Below, piece after piece: positions 8,296-17,332 of a stretch of 64,000 nucleotides of DNA. The first letter of the stretch is position 1. Every line of letters starts with the position of its first letter. The translations under genes were made by a program, and so were the position numbers. Source of the stretch: Bacteroidia bacterium (GTDB lineage: Bacteria; Bacteroidota; Bacteroidia; M30B66); assembly GCA_965279035.1 (NCBI GenBank), contig OZ257142.1, forward strand, positions 1,824,001 through 1,888,000. Reading direction: 5' to 3'. The notes below the pieces were generated by a model. That model saw nothing but the letters and a program-made list of their open reading frames with translations, did no database searches and was not told the DNA's origin.

Positions 8296-10201
8296 CAGTA
8301 TTTATTTCGTTCTTTTTGTTTGGATCCATCATTTCCATCAACTTCAACCCTAATAAGCCATCCATCGCGTTGCCACCTCCATTTTGACCACCAATTAAAA
8401 TATCAGGAATTAATTTTACATTTCCTTTAGATAATTCTTCGGTGATTTTATATCGCGTGAAATTTTCGCCTCCTAATGCACTTACGGCTAATTCATAGGC
8501 TTCGGCAGTTGATTTACCGATGGCTAATATTTTTCCAGCCTCTGCTGCACCTGTTAATGTTATTTGTTCTGCTTGTGCCGAAGCTTTCAATTTAATAGCC
8601 TCAGATTCTGCTTGAGCTCTTGCTTTGGTAGCTTCTGCTTCGGCAAATGCTCTCAACTTGGTCGCTTCCGATTCGGCACTTACTGCCAACTTCACACTCG
8701 CCGCATCTCCTTCTGATTTTTTTACTGTTGCACTTGCAGTTCTTTCCGCAATTTCAACACTCTGTTGAGCAGATACAATTTCCTTTTGCATATCTGCAAT
8801 GGCTGTTTCTTTCTCCATGCCCTGACGTGTTTCTTGGGCTTTTTTCTGCGTATCGTAGGTAACTTTTTGTTCTTCTGCAATCTTCCGATCCGTTAAAGTT
8901 TTCATTAACGATTCTGGAGGAACAATATCTCCAATCAAAGTATCTACAGCATTTACATTGTATTCATCCAACACTTTTTTTATGTGTGCTTTAGCAGATT
9001 CTTGACGTTCTTTTCGCGTACTTAAAAATGCTATTACATCACTATCCTGCGCTGAATTTCTAAAATAATTTCCAATGGTTGGTTCCAATACTTGTGAAAC
9101 CAAATTAACCATATTTCCAAATCGGGCAATTACTTTAGGAGCTTCCGTTGTAGGCACATGGATGATTTGTGCAACATCTAAATTAAAAGGAAATCCATCT
9201 TTCGAACGAACCGTTATAGTTGATAAATTTTTATCTAGATTATGTGCTTCACTTCGTGCGGATGCCCAATTCAAGACCAAATTCGTAGTAGGAACTTGCT
9301 CTACTTTCATTATGTATTTGTTGATTGGATATTTCCCAGGACCAAGAGGTTCTAACCACACGCCTTTATATCCTTTCTCAACAATATTTCCATGTTTAAA
9401 TTCTGATCCAGTTAAATCACTTCCCTCTTGTCCTATATAGGAAATCACCACACCAACATATCCTATGGGAATTTCCATCATCGGAATTTCTTCAATCTGA
9501 ACTGCCCAAGGATTTAAATTATAAGAACCTGCTAATATCACTTGAGGTTGTAAACCCCGATTTCCATTGTTCTTTAAAAAGGTATCGAAATCCTGAAAAT
9601 TATTATGTCCTTCAATCAATTTTCCAGCAATTTGATCAGCTTGAATCGGTTGTCCATCCAATGTAGTGACGATTCCTACCATGCTTTCTTGTATTCGCAC
9701 CATATCCGTTATCGACACTTGAAAGAGCATCGTGTTAATACGGTATGATCCTGCCGTGATGTATACGGTTTGTCGACCACGTTGGCCGCCATTGTTTAGA
9801 AATTTCTCAGCATCTTGAAAATTATCACACTCTGCTCTTCCTGCAAGGATGTTTCCAGTTGGAATTTCAGCTCCATCTTTCGCCATGACCAATCCAATTT
9901 TTCCTTCCGGAATCACCATGAAGCGTTCCATGGTAACATCGTATTGCCAAAACCACATCCCAAAATATAAACCCGGAGCTAAAGTTTTTGCTTGAAAACC
10001 GGCTTCTCCTTTTGTGGCGATTATTCTTCCGTCAGGAAGCTCTTTATTCTCACCAAAGAGTACAAATTTCTTAGTCACTAAGCCGATTTTATCTTCAGGA
10101 ACGATCACCATTCCAAATAAAAATCGCAGGATGTATTTATAGAGAAGTATGCAAATGATGAGTAAAATTACCCACCAATAATTTGAAAGAAATGTACCCA
10201 T
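8276..10201 (-). CDS. SPFH/flotillin-like membrane scaffold protein
   Basis: N-term TM, three repeated beta modules, band-7 domain (RSKDGF..NLDV), Ala/Glu-rich coiled coil. Confidence 0.9.
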   Translation of the reverse strand: MGTFLSNYWWVILLIICILLYKYILRFLFGMVIVPEDKIGLVTKKFVLFGENKELPDGRIIATKGEAGFQAKTLAPGLYFGMWFWQYDVTMERFMVIPEGKIGLVMAKDGAEIPTGNILAGRAECDNFQDAEKFLNNGGQRGRQTVYITAGSYRINTMLFQVSITDMVRIQESMVGIVTTLDGQPIQADQIAGKLIEGHNNFQDFDTFLKNNGNRGLQPQVILAGSYNLNPWAVQIEEIPMMEIPIGYVGVVISYIGQEGSDLTGSEFKHGNIVEKGYKGVWLEPLGPGKYPINKYIMKVEQVPTTNLVLNWASARSEAHNLDKNLSTITVRSKDGFPFNLDVAQIIHVPTTEAPKVIARFGNMVNLVSQVLEPTIGNYFRNSAQDSDVIAFLSTRKERQESAKAHIKKVLDEYNVNAVDTLIGDIVPPESLMKTLTDRKIAEEQKVTYDTQKKAQETRQGMEKETAIADMQKEIVSAQQSVEIAERTASATVKKSEGDAASVKLAVSAESEATKLRAFAEAEATKARAQAESEAIKLKASAQAEQITLTGAAEAGKILAIGKSTAEAYELAVSALGGENFTRYKITEELSKGNVKLIPDILIGGQNGGGNAMDGLLGLKLMEMMDPNKKNEINTDGKSKE

Positions 10202-10395
10202 TGGGAAGTAGAATAATAGAATGAAATCGCCTTTAAGCGAAATTCAAACATACCAAGTTCTTTATCGATAATCAAATACTTGTTGAAAAATTAGAATAAA
10301 AAATATGCTCCAGTTAAACATACCCACATGATCGGATTTATTTTTCCAATGGTAAACGCAATACAATAGCCGATGAAAAGGATCGTTAGTGCAAA

Positions 10396-11076
10396 ATGAA
10401 ACATAAAAAACTGCTTTTTTACAGCTTTATTCTCTTTCCAATAATTGCCTTTTCACAAAGAAAAAAAGTTGATTCAATCAATCTAAGTGCATTCATCGAT
10501 TTAACTCATTACAATTCTTGGAATGTAATAACAACAAGTAAAGGAGCATCCTTTTTTATTGATTTCAGGGATAAAAAACGCAATTGGTTTGAAGCCTGCT
10601 TAGGAGTGAGTTTGCTAAACTCGAACGTATTTAAAGTGTATGATGTTGACTTCACTCCAATTCTATATCCTCGTCCTAATGGCTCATCTTCAAGACCCTA
10701 TTTTATTCAATCCCACTCACTCGATTTTACAATTCCCTTCTTCTTGCGTTTTCGAATTATTCATAATGAAAATATTTCGTTGAAATGGAGTTTAGGAATA
10801 GCGAGTTCTTATCGATTTCTAAATACAACAAAAACATATTCATATCAAGTAGAAACATGGAATACTCCTTTTGTTCGGGGGCCAAACTATTCTAGTTATC
10901 ATAGATTAAATAATGAATTCTTTTATCTAAATGCTTTATTTCCTCTGGCTTCTATTGATGCTGTTTTCTTTGAAAAATCATCGTTTCAATGTGTTAGCCG
11001 ATTTATTTTTTCGGGTGCTAAGAATCGATTTTTAATGAATGTTGGATTGGGAATTCAAAAGCGTTTTAAACATTAA
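10396..11076 (+). CDS. Hypothetical exported protein, possible outer-membrane beta-barrel
   Basis: Signal peptide AFS|Q; alternating aromatic strands; C-term NVGLGIQKRF. Confidence 0.55.
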   Translation: MKHKKLLFYSFILFPIIAFSQRKKVDSINLSAFIDLTHYNSWNVITTSKGASFFIDFRDKKRNWFEACLGVSLLNSNVFKVYDVDFTPILYPRPNGSSSRPYFIQSHSLDFTIPFFLRFRIIHNENISLKWSLGIASSYRFLNTTKTYSYQVETWNTPFVRGPNYSSYHRLNNEFFYLNALFPLASIDAVFFEKSSFQCVSRFIFSGAKNRFLMNVGLGIQKRFKH

Positions 11077-11139
11077 TTTATGTTGAATAATTTCATTTTA
11101 AAATATAATTGAATGTATCATATTATTCAATTAAACAAT

Positions 11140-11646
11140 TTATTCGGATTTCAATTTCATAAAATTAAACAAGCCAATCATCTCTACCGAATAATCCCAC
11201 ATTTCAATGCTACTACTATATGGAATGACCGGCATTACAGCCATTGGTTCATAAACTGTTTGATCTAATTTTAATATATCCAATGAAAATTCTAATGGAT
11301 ATTCAGTGCCATTTCGAATGATAAAAACACTGTGTTTATTTGCTTTTTTTTCTTCCTCTGTGCTTCCTTTTGTTCCTATGGAAACCAAAATATCAATGGT
11401 TCCTTCGGGGGCTTTAATGGAGGTGTATTGGTCGAGTTGATTTAAATCGAACTTTTCTTCAAACAAATCAAAATTCAAAATAGCATAATGAAAACGTACC
11501 GAATCAATGGGAATTAAGCGAATGCTTATTTTTGAATACATCGGAAATGCAAAGCCAGCAATGGCTGATGTATCTGCCTGCTGAGCTTGAGCCGAACAGC
11601 TTATCAACAAGGCGAATATGATGAGTGTTTTCCTGATTAATTTCAT
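11140..11646 (-). CDS. Hypothetical secreted protein
   Basis: Signal peptide AQA|Q. Confidence 0.6.
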   Translation of the reverse strand: MKLIRKTLIIFALLISCSAQAQQADTSAIAGFAFPMYSKISIRLIPIDSVRFHYAILNFDLFEEKFDLNQLDQYTSIKAPEGTIDILVSIGTKGSTEEEKKANKHSVFIIRNGTEYPLEFSLDILKLDQTVYEPMAVMPVIPYSSSIEMWDYSVEMIGLFNFMKLKSE

Positions 11647-11699
11647 TTTTTTGAATACAATTTATCTACTATTAAACTCGCAATTTATTGTTTTATTTT

Positions 11700-11845
11700 T
11701 TATTCTCCGGATTGAAATCCGAGGTTGCGGGGGTGGGGATTATCTACGTCTTATTCATTTATTAGCCGGATTGAAATCCGGGGTTGCGGGGTTTTATTAT
11801 CTACATCTTATTCATTTATTCCCCGGATTGAAATCCGGGGTTGCC
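11700..11845. repeat. Three tandem 57-59 bp units, each with REP-like hairpin CC(CC)GGATTGAAATCCG(G/A)GG
   Basis: Copies at 11707, 11766, 11823; inverted copy at 15415-15434. Confidence 0.9.
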
Positions 11846-11874
11846 ATTTCATTAATAAATCATGTATTAACGAA

Positions 11875-12205
11875 TCAGCATACCAGCACACCAGCACATC
11901 AGCACACCAGTTTAATGTGCTAATCCGATAGCTATCGGATAGTTGATGTGCTAATGTGCTTATGGAAAGATCAAATCTGCAACTTTCCGGTAACCTAACA
12001 GCACACTAATTCAATGTGCTAATCCGATAGCTATCGGATAGTTGATATGCTAAAGTGCTAATGGAAAAACACAGCTCCAACCTTCAAGTAGCCTAACAGC
12101 ACATCAGCATATCAGCACACCATTAAATCAATTCAATGTGCTAATTCGATAGCTATCGGATAGTTGATGTGCTAATGAACTAATGGAAAAGAACACTGCT
12201 CAAAC
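11875..12205. repeat. Three composite units: CAGCACAY octamers + 18-bp palindrome ATCCGATAGCTATCGGAT + ATGTGCTA octamers
   Basis: Palindromes at 11923-11940, 12022-12039, 12144-12161 (one mismatch). Confidence 0.92.
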
Positions 12206-12209
12206 ATAA

Positions 12210-12340
12210 CGCTAACATTTTGCAAACACCCGAGGTGACAAATTGGGTGAATGAATTGATTTAGTTTAGAAAAAACTCTAAATTAACGATTGCCTCAAAT
12301 GCTCAGAATGCTTGACTTTGCTGATGTTTTGTTTTAGGGT
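12210..12340 (-). other. Degenerate attC-like site downstream of 12351..13031
   Basis: On the - strand begins ACCCTAAAAC 10 nt after the stop and ends CTCGGGTGTTTGCAAAATGTTAGCG; arm pairing imperfect. Confidence 0.45.
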
Positions 12341-12350
12341 GTTTTTAAAA

Positions 12351-13031
12351 TCATTCAGGAATGTAATTAATTATTCCCTGGTCGCCACTTTGGTAAAAAC
12401 TCTCTTCTTTTTTAGCAAATTCAATAGACTTATCATGTCGGATTTCCAATGTTTGGCTGTCAAGCCACTTTGCATATACAAATTTTCCCTTTGAATAGAA
12501 GTTAAAAACAGATCCGCCACCAGATGCCCAACTTATACTTGAGCTTGTGTCTTTGTATTCACCATTCACATAACTTTCTATAATTTCAAATGTCTTTTTT
12601 CCGTCTGGTGCAATGAGTGTCAAAAGGTGAATAGCGCTATACTCGAACTTTGGTTTTACTCTTCGTTTCGCTTTTTCCTTTTCTGTTGAAATTTGAATTA
12701 GGAATTTGTCAAGTTCTTTTTTGCGTTTTTCTATTGTCTTGTTATCAGCACCAAGTCCTTTCCAAACTTCAAGGTCTTTACCCGTTTCAATAATTTCTTT
12801 TACTTTTTTATAAACTGTTGAGTCAAGTAATTTTGTTTCCCATTGTGCCAATGCAAGTCCAAACAAACTGTTGTTACGGTCGTCATTGTCGTTAAACATT
12901 TCAGCAAAGTCGTCTTGAATTTGTTTAGAAATGTCAGCGGGATGTTGTCCTTTATTGTATAAATCAAAGAAGGTTTGATAAATGTCTTGAAAGGTGTCAT
13001 TTCCGTTTATTTTCGTATTCCAAGTCCCCAT
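12351..13031 (-). CDS. Hypothetical protein (N-term DUF4259-like), probable cassette gene
   Basis: MGTW.T.I..ND...D start; embedded in a repeat unit. Confidence 0.75.
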   Translation of the reverse strand: MGTWNTKINGNDTFQDIYQTFFDLYNKGQHPADISKQIQDDFAEMFNDNDDRNNSLFGLALAQWETKLLDSTVYKKVKEIIETGKDLEVWKGLGADNKTIEKRKKELDKFLIQISTEKEKAKRRVKPKFEYSAIHLLTLIAPDGKKTFEIIESYVNGEYKDTSSSISWASGGGSVFNFYSKGKFVYAKWLDSQTLEIRHDKSIEFAKKEESFYQSGDQGIINYIPE

Positions 13032-13069
13032 TTTTCAGTCTGTTAGCGTACTGTTTTTAAATGTCTTAT

Positions 13070-13211
13070 TAGCCTATTTCACACCATCAAATCAAATTAA
13101 TGTGCTAATCCGATAGCTATCGGATAGCTAATATGCTAATGTGCAGATGAAAAAGAAAACTGCTGCAACTTTCCGGTAACCTAACAGCACACCAGCACAC
13201 CATCACATCAA
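13070..13211. repeat. Fourth composite palindrome/octamer unit
   Basis: ATCCGATAGCTATCGGAT 13108-13125; CACCAGCACACC 13190-13201. Confidence 0.9.
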
Positions 13212-14300
13212 TTATTTAAACCAGCCTTTTCTTCTAAAATAAAACACCATACCAATGGAAATTAAAATCATAATAATCCAAACAATAGGGTAGGCCCATT
13301 CTTGATCCAATTCTGGCATGAACTTGAAATTCATTCCGTAAACTCCTACGATAAATGTTAATGGGATAAATATTGTTGAAATAATCGTCAGTGTTTTCAT
13401 GACGTTATTCATCTTATTACTCAATGAACTTAAATACACGTCCATCATGCCCGAACTCAAGTCACGAAAGGTTTCTAGCGTATCAATAGCATGCACACAA
13501 TGATCATACACATCACGTAAATAAATATCCGTATTGCCTTTTAAATGCAGGTGTTCGCTTTTCGATAAACTACTCACCACTTCACGCATTGGCCAAATGG
13601 ATTTTCGTAAATAAATTAATTCCCTTTTTAATCCATGCAATATTTGTAAATCGCTCGTTTTTGCATCATTTAATAATTGAATTTCTGTTTCTTCCAAATG
13701 ATCGCCAATCCGCTCCAGTACTACAAAATAATTATCTACAATGGCATCCAATAAACTATATAAAATATAATCAGTTCCACTTTTTCGAACTTTCAAATTT
13801 CCCTTTCTCAAACGATCTCTCAAACCATCAAATAAATCACCTTCATCTTCTATAAAACTAATAATTGTATTATTTAATAGAATGATACTTAATTGTTCTG
13901 TCTTTACTTGTTTCTCTTTATCGTCGTAACTAATCATTTTAACAACCACATACAAATACGCTCCGTAATCCTCCATTTTCGGGCGTTGTGTGGGATGAAC
14001 AATATCTTCTTGCACTAAACTATGCAAACAAAATACACGACCTAATTGCTCAACAACCGATGGTTCGTGTATTCCGATGACATTAATCCAGCGTGTTTGT
14101 TCCGAACTAACATCGTCTTTAATATCAGCAATACGGACTTTTTTCTTCTCTGTAAAATGAGATTCATCCCAAGTGAGAATATCTGCATGGACTTCAAAAT
14201 CGCGTGTTTCGCCTACATAAGCTACTGTTCCAGGTGCTAAACCTGCTTTACTTCCAAGGCGACGTTGCCGATGACGATGCGGTGTGTTGTACTTTTTCAT
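13212..14300 (-). CDS. corA: Magnesium/cobalt transporter CorA
   Basis: GLAPGT, QRPK.EDY, YGMNF..MPEL signature, two C-term TMs. Confidence 0.96.
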   Translation of the reverse strand: MKKYNTPHRHRQRRLGSKAGLAPGTVAYVGETRDFEVHADILTWDESHFTEKKKVRIADIKDDVSSEQTRWINVIGIHEPSVVEQLGRVFCLHSLVQEDIVHPTQRPKMEDYGAYLYVVVKMISYDDKEKQVKTEQLSIILLNNTIISFIEDEGDLFDGLRDRLRKGNLKVRKSGTDYILYSLLDAIVDNYFVVLERIGDHLEETEIQLLNDAKTSDLQILHGLKRELIYLRKSIWPMREVVSSLSKSEHLHLKGNTDIYLRDVYDHCVHAIDTLETFRDLSSGMMDVYLSSLSNKMNNVMKTLTIISTIFIPLTFIVGVYGMNFKFMPELDQEWAYPIVWIIMILISIGMVFYFRRKGWFK

Positions 14301-14317
14301 CTGCTCGAATATCGTAA

Positions 14318-15298
14318 CTATTTGCTTTTGTGACGCACTACACTCAATGGCCCATCAATGCGGTTCCCATCGGGTAAAATCAATTCGAATTGATACGTTC
14401 CACTGGGCAAACCAGCACCATCCCAATCGTTTCGATAATTATCCGTTTTAAAAACAACCAGGTCTTTTTTATTTCGAATCGTTAAACGACTATAGCGAGG
14501 CAATCCTTCGATATAAAATAAATCATTAAATCCATCTCCATTGGGTGTAACCACTTCGGGAACGTGCATGCGACCTGCTGGTAATATTTCACCCGAAGGA
14601 GGAGCGATAACCTGCACTTCGGTTGGTTTTTCTACTTCAGGTGTACAGCTACCTAAATACACATTGTCCACATAGAGATAGGCCAAACGAATGTATTGTG
14701 TTTGATCATTTGGCTGAAGATTCGTACTTGCATCGTTACGGAAATTACCAATGGTGACAAACTGTTCACCTCCTTTAGCTTTGAATGTAAAGGATAGGAT
14801 TTTCCAAGTTTTTCCTGTATCCGAAATGGCAAGGTATTTTTGACTTTTGAATTCTGGTTCGCGGATAATGGTGTTCCAGTCGTTCGAGCGTATGGAATCT
14901 TTGCTAAGCGCGATGCCCAATTCATCGGTAAAATAGCTCGATTTTTCTGCTGCCGAAACGGAGATTTTTAAACACAATTCTTCACCCGGAATGAGCATTC
15001 TGCTTAATCGAACTTCGAGGTATTCTCTGAAATTGGGATTGTCGGCATCGTAAAGTATCAAGCCGGCAAACTGTTGTCCTTCAGCAGCCTTTTGCTTTCC
15101 ATGTGGCACCTCTCCCGGTTTGATTAAATCGGGACTACCAATTCCTGCAGGAAACCAAGGACTTGCCTGCTCAATATTTCCTGAATATTTCGATTTTACA
15201 GGCTTCAACGAACGTTCGAAGCTCCCATTGGGTATCAAATTCTGCCCACAAACAGGCAGCACAGAAAGTAGAAAAATTATGGTCAGGAAGCGAATCAT
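14318..15298 (-). CDS. Secreted protein with gliding-motility (type B T9SS) C-terminal domain
   Basis: QNLIPNGSFE beta-sandwich; PEVVTPNGDGFND...NDWDG..LPSGTY. Confidence 0.85.
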   Translation of the reverse strand: MIRFLTIIFLLSVLPVCGQNLIPNGSFERSLKPVKSKYSGNIEQASPWFPAGIGSPDLIKPGEVPHGKQKAAEGQQFAGLILYDADNPNFREYLEVRLSRMLIPGEELCLKISVSAAEKSSYFTDELGIALSKDSIRSNDWNTIIREPEFKSQKYLAISDTGKTWKILSFTFKAKGGEQFVTIGNFRNDASTNLQPNDQTQYIRLAYLYVDNVYLGSCTPEVEKPTEVQVIAPPSGEILPAGRMHVPEVVTPNGDGFNDLFYIEGLPRYSRLTIRNKKDLVVFKTDNYRNDWDGAGLPSGTYQFELILPDGNRIDGPLSVVRHKSK

Positions 15299-15321
15299 GC
15301 AAGGGGCGCAAGATAGTATTT

Positions 15322-15670
15322 TAGTGTGCTGATGTGCTAGTTTTTTGATGTGCTAGTTTTCCCGATTGCAATCGGGAGATGTACTAGTTTGTAGCTGCAG
15401 TATACCTCCCGCATCCCCGGATTTCAATCCGGGGGGAGATTACCCTAATCTTTCACATCGCCCCAATCTCTCAATCACCCGCTTCGACAAGCTCAGCGGG
15501 CGGACTCTAGTCTTTCTCTAACCTAAGAGCACACCAACCCACCATCACATCACTTTAATGTGCTAATCCGATAGCTATCGGATAGCTAATGTGCTCATGT
15601 GCTGATGGAAAAGAACACTGCTCCAACCTCGCACTAACCTAACATCACATCATCACACCATCACACCAGC
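15322..15670. repeat. Mosaic REP-like cluster (fifth composite unit plus other palindromes)
   Basis: TCCCGATTGCAATCGGGA 15360-15377, CCCCGGATTTCAATCCGGGG 15415-15434, CTTCGACAAGCTCAG 15482-15496, ATCCGATAGCTATCGGAT 15566-15583. Confidence 0.88.
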
Positions 15671-15685
15671 CTTTAGACTTGCACT

Positions 15686-15870
15686 ATTATTTTAGTTGAG
15701 ATATCTTGACTGAAAATAAACAAAGAAACGGGGTGAACTATCTCATCAGCTAGGTCTTTAAATCCCTAAGGTGTGTATGAGTCCCCGTTTCCTTTAACCA
15801 TGTTGTTAATGGCCAGCTAGAATTTTAGACTTCGAGATCTATTAAAGGTTTTAGCCAAGAGCAACACTTA
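15686..15870 (+). ncRNA. IS110 bridge RNA (5' hairpin, target-binding loop, donor-binding loop)
   Basis: Stems 15687-15719, GAAACGGGG/CCCCGTTTC, TGTTG..GGC/GCC..CAACA; guides match the flanks and element ends. Confidence 0.82.
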
Positions 15871-15881
15871 AAAACAAAAGT

Positions 15882-16862
15882 ATGAAGAAGAACTTTATTG
15901 GCATTGATGTGTCAAAATTAACGCTGGATGTTTATTTACATAATCAATCTCAGCACAACGTCTTTAGCAATGATATCGATGGTTATACACTGATGCTTGC
16001 TTGGTTAAAGCAGTTGAAAGTGAGTGTAAAATCGATGGCCATTTGCTTTGAGCATACGGGTATTTATAGCGAGGATTTATCTGTGTTTTTGAGTGAAAAG
16101 AAGATCTGTTTTTACATGGAATCCTCCTTAAACATTAAGTATTCTATTGGACTTCAGCGAGGCAAAAATGATAAGATAGACTCCCAAAGAATCGCAAATT
16201 TCATTGCATTACATGCAGAACAGCTTAGCCCAACGGTACTATCAAAGAGTGCTGTAGCGCAGCTGAGAAAGCTCTTGAGTATGCGTTCGCATCTGGAAAA
16301 AGAGAAGATAGGCATCAAAAACAGACTTAAGAACTCATCAAAAACCACTGGTGTAGATATAGTTTTTCAAATCGAAACGGATCTGTTAAAGACCTTTAAC
16401 GATAAACTTAAACTGGTAGAAGAGGAAATCAAATCATTGATAAAGTCAGATGATAATCTTCGTCAAATCGACGAATTAGTTCAATCTATAAAAGGAGTTG
16501 GACCAGTGTCGAGTTGGTATTTAATCGCCACAACAAATGGCTTTGAATACTTCGACAATGCTCGTCAATATGCATGTTATAGTGGAATAGCTCCATTCGA
16601 AAAATCATCAGGAACATCCATAAAAGGGAAAACACAAACCGATAGAAGATCAAATCGAAAAATCAATGGAGTATTAACAATGGCGGCGCGTTCGGCAGTA
16701 TTAAATAACACCGAAATGAGAGAATATATGGAGCGTAAAATCCAGGAAGGAAAACATTATAATTGTGCACTCAATGCAGTCAAAAACAAACTTGTATCAA
16801 GAGTATTTGCTGTCGTAAAAAGAAAAACACCCTATGTTGATCTAAAAAAATACGCTGCATAG
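15882..16862 (+). CDS. IS110-family DEDD recombinase/transposase
   Basis: IGIDVSK, FEHTG.Y, KNDKIDS, SIKGVGP, SSGTS catalytic-serine motif. Confidence 0.96.
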   Translation: MKKNFIGIDVSKLTLDVYLHNQSQHNVFSNDIDGYTLMLAWLKQLKVSVKSMAICFEHTGIYSEDLSVFLSEKKICFYMESSLNIKYSIGLQRGKNDKIDSQRIANFIALHAEQLSPTVLSKSAVAQLRKLLSMRSHLEKEKIGIKNRLKNSSKTTGVDIVFQIETDLLKTFNDKLKLVEEEIKSLIKSDDNLRQIDELVQSIKGVGPVSSWYLIATTNGFEYFDNARQYACYSGIAPFEKSSGTSIKGKTQTDRRSNRKINGVLTMAARSAVLNNTEMREYMERKIQEGKHYNCALNAVKNKLVSRVFAVVKRKTPYVDLKKYAA

Positions 16863-17332
16863 ACTTGCATAAGTCCTAGAATACACACCAACCCACCAGC
16901 ACATCAGATAAGTAAGATTCTTACTCTCCTCATCTTATCATCCCTAAAATTTCCGGACTTGGGGGCTTCATTACAAAATCCATTTTCGTTTAAAGAGTGT
17001 AGAGATAAAGTTTTCAACAGAGCTAGTGTTATTTTGACACAATTAATTGGCAATGTGGGTGCTGATAGGCCTTTTATGTGGCTTATTCTGTTGAAAATCA
17101 AGGATTCTGTAAATTTGGTATTTCCATCTGATTGGTCTATTTTTATGCTCCCTAAATTTCCCTTAGAAGTACCCTAATCTGTTTTGCTTTGAAAAATTTT
17201 GACGTGCTTTCTCGCTTCTCAACCCAAAACACTGCATTTTCTGTGTGGTGTAAGAAAAACAGCAAGTCTGTAACGTTTCCGATTTCATCCCGTATGCTTA
17301 GTGTTTTGAAAACTACCCTTTTCCCCGCATCC

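Larger units (their letters stand above)
15671..16884 (+). mobile_element. Complete IS110-family element (~1.2 kb) inserted in the octamer repeat
   Basis: Repeat interrupted as CACCAGC|element|ACACCAACC; no TIR; ends uncertain by 1-2 nt. Confidence 0.88.

Noticed and set aside
11618-11931. ORFs 11618..11923 and 11725..11931
   Set aside because: Translations of the repeats (GLKSGVA, HTST), not credible genes
11700-12205. CRISPR array
   Set aside because: Intervening segments resemble each other rather than being unique spacers, periods are irregular (57-59, 99, 122 bp), and no cas genes are present
17189-17332. TTG start of the 7,068-aa ORF, and nearby ORFs 16904..17358
   Set aside because: The signal peptide begins only after ATG 17333/17357; the upstream stretch looks like promoter/leader
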